Notes under the pieces: generated by a model
The model's input: the letters and a program-made list of their open reading frames with translations, nothing else
The model's database searches: none
Told to the model about the DNA's origin: nothing
From: Bacteroidota bacterium
GTDB lineage: Bacteria > Bacteroidota > Bacteroidia > Bacteroidales > UBA7960
Direction of reading: 5' to 3'
Length of the DNA: 64,000 nucleotides
NCBI GenBank assembly: GCA_037441525.1
Contig: JBBISA010000005.1
Location: forward strand, 15,641 to 79,640
In this document: positions 8,881-18,394 of the stretch, piece after piece
How positions within the stretch are numbered: position 1 is the first letter of the stretch
How the letters are laid out: the number at the start of each line of letters is the position of its first letter
Position numbers and translations under genes: made by a program

Positions 8881-10797
8881 TTGGAACCAAGGGAAATATT
8901 GAAAAAATACTGGGGATACAGTTCTTTTAGGCCACTTCAGGAAGAGATAATAAACTCAGTGCTGAAAGGTACTGATACTTTGGCTCTGTTACCAACCGGG
9001 GGTGGCAAATCGATTTGCTTCCAGGTGCCGGCTCTCACACTTGATGGGTTATGTGTAGTTGTATCTCCTCTGATAGCATTGATGAAGGACCAGGTTGCCA
9101 ACCTGCAACAGCGTGGCATAAAGGCGGTTGCTGTTTATTCGGGTATGAGTTCAAGAGAGATTGACCTCACTATCGATAATTGTGTTTATGGCAATAACAA
9201 GTTTCTTTATCTTTCGCCTGAGCGGCTTACCACAGAAATTGTAAAGGCCCGATTGCCAAAAATGAAGATAAATCTGCTGGCAATTGACGAAGCACACTGT
9301 ATTTCGCAATGGGGTTACGATTTCAGGCCGCCCTATTTGCAGATTGCCGAAATACGCGAACTATTGACCGGCACTCCCATTTTAGCCCTTACAGCAACAG
9401 CAACCCCGGAGGTGATGAAGGATATATGTGAAAAACTCGACTTCGCCAATCATAAAATATTTTTAAAAAGCTTTGAGAGAGAAAACCTTACCTATGCTGT
9501 ATTGAAGGAAGAAAATAAACTTGAAAGACTTCTCAGGATATGCAATCGTATACCCGGAACCGGAATTGTATATGTAAGAAATCGGCGAAAGACCAGAGAA
9601 ATTGCAGAAATCCTTCAACACAATAAAATATCGGCAGGGTATTACCATGCCGGATTGGATGCACCTTCCCGGGATAAAAGGCAGCAGGAATGGGTAAAGG
9701 AAAAAATCAGGGTAATTGTATCGACCAATGCGTTTGGGATGGGAATTGACAAACCTAATGTTCGGTTTGTGGTACATCTTGACCTTCCCGATTCTCCGGA
9801 AGCCTATTTTCAGGAGGCGGGCCGCGCAGGGCGCGACGAAAAAAGAGCCTTTGCTGTTTTATTGTGCAACCAATCTGATCTGATCGATCTTGAAAGGTCG
9901 CACGAAAATGCCTATCCACCCATAGACTTCATTAAAAATGTCTATAATGCGCTTGGCAACTACCTTCAGCTTGCAATTGGAAGCGGCAAAGATAAGAGCT
10001 ATGATTTTGTAATTCAGGACTTTTGCACCCATTTTAATCTCGATCGCATAAGAACATTCAATACTTTGATATTTCTTGAAAAGGAAGGGTACATTACCCT
10101 TTCAGATGCTTTTTCACGCCCATCAAAGCTCATGATACTTTTGGGAAAGGAAGAATTATACAGGTTTACCGTTGCCAATCCGACCTACGATATGTTGCTC
10201 AAAACATTCCTGCGTTCGTATACAGGCATGTTTACCGATTTTGTCCGGATATATGAAGAAGAAATCGCTAAAAGGCTAAGCATCACCTTCGATGAACTGA
10301 AGCGTCATCTGAAAAGACTTCATCAGCTGAGGGTTGTTCATTATGAGCCTGCCAATGCTTACCCTCAAATTACATTCAATGTAGGAAGGCTCAATAGTGG
10401 CGACCTTACTATATCGCCCGAAAATTACAGCCAACGCAAGAGATTTGCCTTGCAAAGAGTTGAAGCTATGCTCAACTATGTTAATTCACAGAACGTTTGC
10501 CGCAATATTTTACTCCTTGAGTATTTTGGAGAAAAATCGGCTGGTGAATGTGGCCATTGTGATGTTTGTACCCGAAACAAAAGAAATCAGGTTGCCCCCG
10601 AAGATTATAGTGCCATAGCTATTATAATCAGGTCGCACTTAGAAAATAAACAATTAACCATTAGCCAACTCATAAACAATCTAAAAGCTCCTTATCCGGA
10701 ACACAAGATAATTGCAACGGTACAATGGATGACCGACACCGGGCAATTATTACTGAACCCTGATAATGAAACCTTAAGAACAAAGCCCCAGGAATAA
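8881..10797 (+). CDS. recQ: RecQ-family ATP-dependent DNA helicase
   Basis: 638 aa. FRPLQEEII motif 0, PTGGGKS Walker A, DEAHC, TATAT, and the zinc-binding region CRxxxLLxYFGE...CGHCDVC. The start is a TTG as given by the ORF track. Confidence 0.9.
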   Translation: MEPREILKKYWGYSSFRPLQEEIINSVLKGTDTLALLPTGGGKSICFQVPALTLDGLCVVVSPLIALMKDQVANLQQRGIKAVAVYSGMSSREIDLTIDNCVYGNNKFLYLSPERLTTEIVKARLPKMKINLLAIDEAHCISQWGYDFRPPYLQIAEIRELLTGTPILALTATATPEVMKDICEKLDFANHKIFLKSFERENLTYAVLKEENKLERLLRICNRIPGTGIVYVRNRRKTREIAEILQHNKISAGYYHAGLDAPSRDKRQQEWVKEKIRVIVSTNAFGMGIDKPNVRFVVHLDLPDSPEAYFQEAGRAGRDEKRAFAVLLCNQSDLIDLERSHENAYPPIDFIKNVYNALGNYLQLAIGSGKDKSYDFVIQDFCTHFNLDRIRTFNTLIFLEKEGYITLSDAFSRPSKLMILLGKEELYRFTVANPTYDMLLKTFLRSYTGMFTDFVRIYEEEIAKRLSITFDELKRHLKRLHQLRVVHYEPANAYPQITFNVGRLNSGDLTISPENYSQRKRFALQRVEAMLNYVNSQNVCRNILLLEYFGEKSAGECGHCDVCTRNKRNQVAPEDYSAIAIIIRSHLENKQLTISQLINNLKAPYPEHKIIATVQWMTDTGQLLLNPDNETLRTKPQE

Positions 10798-10890
10798 CTA
10801 GCTTTGATTCATCCGTTTTTCCCTTATATTCATCAGAAGAAACATAGTGTACGGCCATGGATAAATATTTAAGCATTACGGAATAATTCC

Positions 10891-10898
10891 TACATTTG
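10891..10898 (+). promoter_or_regulatory. -7 box (TACATTTG) upstream of the first hybrid kinase
   Basis: Exact TAnnTTTG match 28 nt upstream of the ATG at 10926. Confidence 0.45.
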
Positions 10899-10925
10899 AG
10901 TGCTTAACAAGATTATTGCCCCCCA

Positions 10926-13352
10926 ATGGAGAAAAACAACACAATTTCAATTCTTTATGTAGAAGACCAGGATGATGTAAGGCTGTTTTTATCAAAAATT
11001 CTTTCCCGACACTATTCAAACGTTTATCTGGCCGAAAATGGAAAACAGGGGCTTGAGCTATACAAGGAACACAAGCCCGATATAATCATTTCCGACATTA
11101 AAATGCCGGTAATGGACGGCCTTTCGATGAGCACCCGCATAAAAGAAATCAATCCGCGGGCCCGAATTATTTTAACCACTGCCCACAGCGATATGGAATA
11201 CTTTATTCAGAGTATCGAAATCGGCATTAATCAATATATACTCAAACCCATTGACCGCGAAAAGCTTTACAATGCCATTGATATTTGCAAAGAGCAGGTT
11301 TTGATGGAAAGAGAACTAACAGAACAAAGTTTAAAGCTCAAGCAAACCAACGATAAACTTTTGGCCCAGGAAAGGGAACTGAGGGAGAATCTCCAGAAAA
11401 CCATTGCCCTTAAAGAAATCATTGCACGAAGCGAGGATAATTTCAGAAAAGTTGCTGAGAACATACAGGATACATTCTGGCTTCAGGACGAAAAAAGAGT
11501 AGTGTTTGTAAACAAAGCATTTGATAAACTATTTGAATTGCCTGGTGCAGGCATGTACGACAAACCCGATCTATTCAAAGATTTTATTTACCCCGATGAC
11601 AGACCAAGATTTCTAAAAGCCCTGTCGCAATTTGAAAAATCAAAAAAAAAGGAATTCTCATTCCAATTCCGGATTATAACCACTTCCGGGCTCATTAAAC
11701 ACATCTGGTATCGCGACATATTTATTCCATCGGAGCGGAAGGGCGACACCCGGCGCATTTCCACCCTAACCGACATAAGCTGGAAAATTGAAAATGAGCA
11801 ACTAACCAGAGAACTTTCGGTTGCAGAAAAATCAGCCGAACTGCGACATAAACTCCTGGCAAACATTAGCCACGAATTGCGAACCCCGCTGAATGGAATT
11901 GTTTCCATGTCGAATTTTTTATGGCATACCCAACTTTCGCCCGAACAGACAGAATATCTTTCATCGTTGAGAAAACAGAGCCATCAATTAATTGATGTTA
12001 CCAATAAATTGCTCGACATTAGCGAACTTGCAAACGATAAAGTGCTGCTTACCAACGAAATCATTCATTCAAAACAATTCTTTAAGGATGGGCTCGAAAC
12101 ACACCGCGAAATAGCCAATAAAAACGGGTTGGGACTTAATGTGGTTTTCAGTGAAACGTTTCCCGAAAAGTTTTATTCCGATCCGATACGATTGCAACAG
12201 GTAATTGACCAATTGGTTACGAATGCGATAAAATTTACTCCCGAAGGAAACATTACCATTCATTTTAAGAGTATTAGCATTAACGATTCAAGCTATCAAC
12301 TATCGATTGAAGTTACTGACACCGGAATAGGGATTGAAAACGATTTTTTGGAAACAATTTTTCTGGCTTTTTTGCAAGCCAACAGCAATTTTAACCGCGA
12401 ATACTCCGGACTTGGTCTTGGATTAACTATTTGTGAGCACATTTCGAGACTCATGCGTGGCAAAATTGAAGTAAAAAGCAATGAAGGTAAAGGCAGTACA
12501 TTCATTTTTTCTTTTCCTTGCAGCAGCGAGTCGGAGAAAACACTTCCGGTCGAACCCTATCAAGAAATTCCGGAGCTTAATCTAAAGGTTTTATATGCCG
12601 AAGACAAAGAAGTAAACCAGAAAATCATATCAATCATGCTGGGAAACGCCGGATGCTCAGTTGACATTGCGCCTAATGGACAAATAGCCCTTGATATGTA
12701 TGAAAAAGGGAAGTATGACCTTATTCTCATGGATATTCAGATGCCTGTTATGGATGGCCTGATGGCAACAAAAGAGCTAAGAAGACTTCACTCAAACCTT
12801 CCACCAATAATCGGAATCAGCGCCAATGCCCTTATGGCAGATGCTCATTATTACATGGCTCAGGGGCTCGATGATTATCTTTCAAAACCAGTTGTTCCGG
12901 CAGTGTTATATCAAAAAGTAATTCAATGGTCGGCTGGAAAAAAAGATGCCAAAACAACTGAACCAATATCCGAGCTTCCACCAGGTGATTATCAGAAACT
13001 TGATGATTTGGATTGGTCAACTTTTCGCACATTTCAGGAACAAACACAATTCGACCCATCTGTAATAAACGATCTTTATGGCACATTCGTTAATGAAGCC
13101 GATATGCTTATCGCAAAAATAAAGGATTCGATAGAAAAAAACGACCAAAAAGTGCTCAAAGAAAGCATACACGCCTTAAAAGGATTAAGCGCCACTATTG
13201 GAGCCCTAAAGATTTATAGTCTTACTTTTGAAATGGATCATCTTCACAAAAAGAATATTTTCACCAAAAGCGCAAACCTTTTTACATTGCTTGAAAATGA
13301 CTTCAGTAGATTAAAAAGTATCATTAAAAACAAAATATTAGCACAGAACTAA
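10926..13352 (+). CDS. Hybrid sensor histidine kinase/response regulator (REC - coiled coil - PAS - HisKA - HATPase_c - REC - HPt)
   Basis: N-terminal receiver (DIIISDIKMPVMDG), H-box ISHELRTPLNG, G-boxes DTGIGI and GLGLTIC, second receiver (LILMDIQMPVMDG), and a C-terminal HPt (HALKGLSATIGA). Confidence 0.9.
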   Translation: MEKNNTISILYVEDQDDVRLFLSKILSRHYSNVYLAENGKQGLELYKEHKPDIIISDIKMPVMDGLSMSTRIKEINPRARIILTTAHSDMEYFIQSIEIGINQYILKPIDREKLYNAIDICKEQVLMERELTEQSLKLKQTNDKLLAQERELRENLQKTIALKEIIARSEDNFRKVAENIQDTFWLQDEKRVVFVNKAFDKLFELPGAGMYDKPDLFKDFIYPDDRPRFLKALSQFEKSKKKEFSFQFRIITTSGLIKHIWYRDIFIPSERKGDTRRISTLTDISWKIENEQLTRELSVAEKSAELRHKLLANISHELRTPLNGIVSMSNFLWHTQLSPEQTEYLSSLRKQSHQLIDVTNKLLDISELANDKVLLTNEIIHSKQFFKDGLETHREIANKNGLGLNVVFSETFPEKFYSDPIRLQQVIDQLVTNAIKFTPEGNITIHFKSISINDSSYQLSIEVTDTGIGIENDFLETIFLAFLQANSNFNREYSGLGLGLTICEHISRLMRGKIEVKSNEGKGSTFIFSFPCSSESEKTLPVEPYQEIPELNLKVLYAEDKEVNQKIISIMLGNAGCSVDIAPNGQIALDMYEKGKYDLILMDIQMPVMDGLMATKELRRLHSNLPPIIGISANALMADAHYYMAQGLDDYLSKPVVPAVLYQKVIQWSAGKKDAKTTEPISELPPGDYQKLDDLDWSTFRTFQEQTQFDPSVINDLYGTFVNEADMLIAKIKDSIEKNDQKVLKESIHALKGLSATIGALKIYSLTFEMDHLHKKNIFTKSANLFTLLENDFSRLKSIIKNKILAQN

Positions 13353-13402
13353 TAGAATCCTGAAACCTTTTTTGTTGCCCCCGGTAAAATAAAAATGTTA
13401 CC

Positions 13403-16400
13403 ATGATTCTTGAATTACCTATGTGGAAAAAAGTTTATTTAGTTTTATTTGGACTCCTTATTAGTGGCAATTTACCCGCCATAAACCCTGAGCAGAGCTA
13501 CAATTTCCTAGTTCTGCACAGTTATCACCCATCCTTTAAGTGGAACATTGAAATAAATGAAGGTATCCGCAAAGGGCTGGATGATGCGGGTATTACATAT
13601 AGCCTGCAAATGGAATATATGGACTCCAAACGTTTGTTTGACCCTATTTACCAGGAGAATCTTAAATCCCTTTTAACCTACAAGTACCGCAACACCAGGT
13701 TTCATGCAATTATTGTTACCGACGATGATGCTCATGTTTTTATACAAAAGAACGGTGAAATAATTTTCCCAGGATTGCCCGTCGTTTTTTGTGGCGTAAA
13801 CAATTATAAACCCGAAGTTTCTGTTTTATTTCCAAACATTACAGGAGTGCAGGAAAAACTTGATGAACCAGGCACAGTAGAATTGGCTCTTTCACTTTTT
13901 CCTGAGACCAAAGAAGTTTTTATGGTTGGCGACATGTCAACCACAGCCAATGACCTGTCTGATTTGTTCAGGGTTAAACATGAGCCAAAATTTCCTGGAA
14001 TAACCTTTCATTACCTGCACGATGCCAATCTTTTCAGGCTTGCCGATTCACTGGCAAAACTACCAGCCAACAGTGTTGTAATGCTATGGCCCTACCTCAA
14101 TCTTGAAAATAAAATGATTATCGAAACTGAAGCGGCCACAGAGATAATAACATCAGCATCTAGTGCACCAGTATTTGGGTTCTGGCATTTTATGCTGGGG
14201 CATGGGATTGTGGGAGGCAAACTTGTTTCGGGACAGGCACAAGGCGAAAGTGCCGCTCAGCTTATAGTTAAGATAATAGAAGGAGAGCACCCATCAGCTT
14301 TAAATGTTCTCGAAGCTATCCCAAACAATTACTATTTCGACTACCATCAACTGAAAAGGTTTGGAATTGACAAAAAAAAATTACCCCCTGACAGCATCAT
14401 TGTCAATCTTCCGGAAACATTTTTCAGCAAGTATTATTACCTGTTGGTTGGGTTTTTAGTTTCGCTTTTCATGTTTTCTGTAATATTTGCGCTTCAATCA
14501 TATACCAACGTAAGAATCAGGAGGGTATTAAAAAGAGAACTCGAATTTCAGCATGCCCTGATTGAGGCTCTTCCAACACCGGTTTTTTTCACCATTAATA
14601 AAACGTTAATAAAGGATTGTAATCATGCCTTTGAAAAATTAACGGGTTTTAAACGAGAGGAAATCAGTGGCAAGGAAACCCCGGTTTTTTATCCTAAAAG
14701 CCAGGTCAGCAAACATCTTCAAATAAATGAAGAAGTATTGCAAACCCACCAACCTGCGGTTTTTGAAGGGAAACTTGTACGAGCCGATGGCTTTTTGAGC
14801 GATGTAATTTTTTATAAATCTGTTATATACAATAACCGCGAAAATACCTACGGAATTATAGAATCAGTTGTAGATATAACTGACAAAAAAGCCGCCAGTG
14901 AAGAAATAAGGGTAAGTGAAGAGCGGTATGCCCTTGCCACACGTGCCACCCGCGATGGAATCTGGGACATGAACATAAAGCATAAAAAACTATTTATTTC
15001 TGCGAGACTTAAAGAAATTTTAGGCTACACCAGCGATGAAGACCCCATAACAACTCAAAATTTCAGTGAGCAAATTCATCCTCTCGATGCTAATGTTTTT
15101 GATTATCAAATCTCATTGCTCGATAAGCAGGTAAAAGATTCTGTTGTAATGGAATTAAGAATCCGGCAAAAAAATGGAGACTATGCATGGACAGAAATTA
15201 ATGCTTTTGCCTTGCATGATGAAAATCAGGATATATGTCGTATAGTGGGTTCACTAAGCGATATAACTGAAAGAAAAGCATCGGAGGCAAACCTGCATCG
15301 ATGGGAAGAAATATTCAGACATATACACATGGGAGTTGCCACTTTTGAAAACGGCGACACCAAGCCTGTGCTCATGAACCCCATCTATGCCAATTTGCAC
15401 GGTTATTCCATTGATGAGATGTCTGACATTCACTTTGAAAAATTATTGCAAAGCAACCCCAAAACAGATGTTGAAAATCTTTTTAAAAAGGCAAAGGAAA
15501 GAGGGCATATTATTACCGAATCTTATCAGGTGCGCAAAGATGGAAGTATTTTCCCTTCATTAATAGACATAATAGCCGTTAGCGGAAGCCGACACGAACT
15601 TCAATACTATATTGTAAACATTCAGGATATTACCGAACGCAAGAAACAGGAAAACAAAATAGCCCAAATGCTTCAGAATGAACAAACCATGAATGAAGAA
15701 CTCAGGGCAAGCGATGAAGAGCTAAGGCAGAGCTTACATGAAACGGTAATTTTAAAGGAAAAACTCGAAGAAAATCAACAGGAATTCTTCAGTTTCATTA
15801 ATGGTACCAGCGATTTTGTCTTTTTGAAGGGGTACGACCAACGCTACCTCATCGTAAACCATGCATTCGCCAATTATCATAATCGTTCGCCTGAGTTGAT
15901 TATTGGTAAAAAAGATGAAGATTTTCGTGGTCAGGATGTTTTCGAGTCTGATGCCGAATCAGACCAAAAGGTACTGCAGGAGAAAAAACCGGTGATTTAT
16001 GAAATCCATTCGGGCCAGAGGTTTTTCGAAACACGAAAATTTCCTGTCTTTTATGGGAATAATCGTACTGGTATAGGGGCTTTCATACGCGATATAACCA
16101 AACAGCGTGTAATTGAAGAAAAACTGGCTGAAAATGAAAAAAGGTTTAAAACCTTGCTCGAAAACAGTTTCGACCTTATAACATTAACTGACGATACCGG
16201 TGAAATAAATTACTGCACAGACGCAATTTTTAAGCTTACCGGTATAAGCGGACCCGAAATAACAGGCAAACACCTGAGTGCCTTTATTCATCCTGACGAC
16301 AGGGCAGAATTTGGCGAGCAGTTTGATAAACTGATTAAAGGCGAAACCGATTTAATTTACCTTCAGCATCGCCTTAAACACACCACTACCGGTTATAAAC

Positions 16401-18067
16401 AGGTTGAAACCGTTGCAACCAATCATTTAAACAACCCTTTAATCAATGCTATTGTATTTACGAGCCGCGATGTTTCGATAGAAGTGCAAAGCCACGAACT
16501 GAAAAAAAATATCGTGCTGGCACAAAAATCAGCCGAAATAAAGCAACAATTCCTTGCCAATATGAGCCACGAAATCCGTACACCGATGAACGGTATTGTG
16601 GGGATGATAGAGTTTTTGCTTAAAACCAAGCTTGATGAAACACAAACTGATTACGTAAATACGATTAAATCGTCGGCCGATTCGTTACTAAGCATTATCA
16701 ACGATATACTTGATTATTCAAAAATTGAAGCCGGCAAATTAAGTATCAACCCATCACCTGTTCATGTAAAAAAATTCTTTGAAGAAGCACCGCGAATATT
16801 CTCAGCCCTGATAAAGCAAAAACAACTGGAGTTTATCCTTTTTATAGACGAATCCCTCCCCGAACATCTGTATATTGATCCGATAAGAATAAATCAGGTT
16901 ATTTCAAATCTGCTTTCCAACGCTATTAAGTTTACCCCTGCAGGCAGCATTCATCTGAGAGTTTTACCTGACAAAATTACAAGCGATACAGTTTTACTCA
17001 GGGTTGAAGTGCAGGATACCGGCATTGGCCTTTCAGAGGAGGAACAGAAAAAATTGTTCAACCCCTTTACGCAAATCGATTCTTCATTTACCAGAGCCAT
17101 CGAGGGCACTGGTCTTGGACTTACCATCTGCCAGCGTATTGTAGAACTTATGGGAGGCGAAATAGGGGTAATAAGCGAAACAGGCAAAGGATCAATGTTC
17201 TGGTTTTCAATACAGACATCAATACCTGAGCATGAAAAAATCAGGCAGTTTATGCATGAAGTAGAGTATTTAAAACCCGATCATCTGGGTTTAAATATAC
17301 TTCTGGTAGAAGATAAAGTGGTAAATCAAAAAGTTATTACCATGATGCTTGAAGCCATGGGTTGCAGCATTACCATGGTTTCGAATGGGAAGGAAGCTAT
17401 TGATTACCTTACAGATAAAACTATACTCCAGGCTCCCGATATTATTCTCATGGATATTCAGATGCCTGTTATGGATGGTATAACAGCCACCAAATTTATA
17501 AGGCGCAACATACCAGGCAACCATGTAATTATCGGACTCAGCGCCAATGTGTTTTCAACAGATGTGGAAGGGTACCTCCAAAGTGGGCTCGATGATTACA
17601 TTATAAAGCCGGCAACATCGGAAGACCTTTATAAAAAGCTGCTTTATTGGAAACAAAAAAAGAAAGAATCGCGATCGTTTGAAAATGAGCATATAAGACA
17701 GGTTATAAATTTTCTGAAACAAGAACAGGTATTAGATATTCCCAGTCTCACGATCATTCGTAATCAAGCCAACGACAATCTGGTTGTAATGACAGAACTT
17801 TTCAATACCTTCCACAACGATGCCAAAGCCATTTCACAAAATATAAAGAAATCGCTGAAAAGTGGATCGAAATCTTATACTGATTTCACCCACACGCTTT
17901 ATGAAATGTCGCTCAGTATGGGAGCTGTTCAAATTGCCCAAACCTGTATCACCATGAACCAGAATTCGGGCCTACCCTATCCACAGATGCGACAAATTGC
18001 AGATTTTCTCGACGCAGCTCTTAAAAACTATATCAGTGAAGTGAGAAAATACATTGGGGTTGTTTAG
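13403..18067 (+). CDS. Large hybrid sensor histidine kinase (periplasmic substrate-binding-like sensor - TM - multiple PAS - HisKA - HATPase_c - REC - degenerate HPt)
   Basis: 1554 aa. A signal/anchor and a ~330-aa extracytoplasmic domain resembling ABC-type substrate-binding sensor modules, then a TM helix (YYYLLVGFLVSLFMFSVIFAL). At least four PAS/PAC blocks follow, then H-box MSHEIRTPMNG, DTGIGL, GLGLTIC, and a receiver (ILMDIQMPVMDG). Confidence 0.9.
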   Translation: MILELPMWKKVYLVLFGLLISGNLPAINPEQSYNFLVLHSYHPSFKWNIEINEGIRKGLDDAGITYSLQMEYMDSKRLFDPIYQENLKSLLTYKYRNTRFHAIIVTDDDAHVFIQKNGEIIFPGLPVVFCGVNNYKPEVSVLFPNITGVQEKLDEPGTVELALSLFPETKEVFMVGDMSTTANDLSDLFRVKHEPKFPGITFHYLHDANLFRLADSLAKLPANSVVMLWPYLNLENKMIIETEAATEIITSASSAPVFGFWHFMLGHGIVGGKLVSGQAQGESAAQLIVKIIEGEHPSALNVLEAIPNNYYFDYHQLKRFGIDKKKLPPDSIIVNLPETFFSKYYYLLVGFLVSLFMFSVIFALQSYTNVRIRRVLKRELEFQHALIEALPTPVFFTINKTLIKDCNHAFEKLTGFKREEISGKETPVFYPKSQVSKHLQINEEVLQTHQPAVFEGKLVRADGFLSDVIFYKSVIYNNRENTYGIIESVVDITDKKAASEEIRVSEERYALATRATRDGIWDMNIKHKKLFISARLKEILGYTSDEDPITTQNFSEQIHPLDANVFDYQISLLDKQVKDSVVMELRIRQKNGDYAWTEINAFALHDENQDICRIVGSLSDITERKASEANLHRWEEIFRHIHMGVATFENGDTKPVLMNPIYANLHGYSIDEMSDIHFEKLLQSNPKTDVENLFKKAKERGHIITESYQVRKDGSIFPSLIDIIAVSGSRHELQYYIVNIQDITERKKQENKIAQMLQNEQTMNEELRASDEELRQSLHETVILKEKLEENQQEFFSFINGTSDFVFLKGYDQRYLIVNHAFANYHNRSPELIIGKKDEDFRGQDVFESDAESDQKVLQEKKPVIYEIHSGQRFFETRKFPVFYGNNRTGIGAFIRDITKQRVIEEKLAENEKRFKTLLENSFDLITLTDDTGEINYCTDAIFKLTGISGPEITGKHLSAFIHPDDRAEFGEQFDKLIKGETDLIYLQHRLKHTTTGYKQVETVATNHLNNPLINAIVFTSRDVSIEVQSHELKKNIVLAQKSAEIKQQFLANMSHEIRTPMNGIVGMIEFLLKTKLDETQTDYVNTIKSSADSLLSIINDILDYSKIEAGKLSINPSPVHVKKFFEEAPRIFSALIKQKQLEFILFIDESLPEHLYIDPIRINQVISNLLSNAIKFTPAGSIHLRVLPDKITSDTVLLRVEVQDTGIGLSEEEQKKLFNPFTQIDSSFTRAIEGTGLGLTICQRIVELMGGEIGVISETGKGSMFWFSIQTSIPEHEKIRQFMHEVEYLKPDHLGLNILLVEDKVVNQKVITMMLEAMGCSITMVSNGKEAIDYLTDKTILQAPDIILMDIQMPVMDGITATKFIRRNIPGNHVIIGLSANVFSTDVEGYLQSGLDDYIIKPATSEDLYKKLLYWKQKKKESRSFENEHIRQVINFLKQEQVLDIPSLTIIRNQANDNLVVMTELFNTFHNDAKAISQNIKKSLKSGSKSYTDFTHTLYEMSLSMGAVQIAQTCITMNQNSGLPYPQMRQIADFLDAALKNYISEVRKYIGVV

Positions 18068-18097
18068 AACTTTGTATTGGTATTGATAATCTGTTGA

Positions 18098-18394
18098 TTA
18101 TTCTTTCAGCCCGGCCCTTATTTTGCTGTTTGGGCTTCTGTTCCAGGCAAAGTCGATGATGCGGAGTGTGTCGCTATGCTGGCTGCAGTAAATCCTTATC
18201 CAGCCATACTGAAATTTGTTATCAAAAGGAAAACGGATTCCAAGAAACCGCTCTCCCCTTCCTTGAAATTGACGTGCGTTGGCAAAGGTTCCCAACACAC
18301 CATGGCGGAAAACCCAATTTCCATCTTTCGAAATAACATCATCAGTTTTTAAGGCATCGGGGTAGCCCCAGGTTGAAATATCAATAATAAGAAA
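18098..18394 (-). pseudogene. Start-less ORF remnant (99 codons) following in frame directly after the TGA of the upstream T9SS gene; possible C-terminal fragment of a secreted-protein domain
   Basis: The frame is open from 18394 to the stop at 18098. It has no ATG, only an internal GTG at 18298 (the 66-aa track ORF), and no signal peptide. It encodes ...FQGRGERFLGIRFPFDNKFQYGWIRIYC...TLRIIDFAWNRSPNSKIRAG. Confidence 0.3.
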
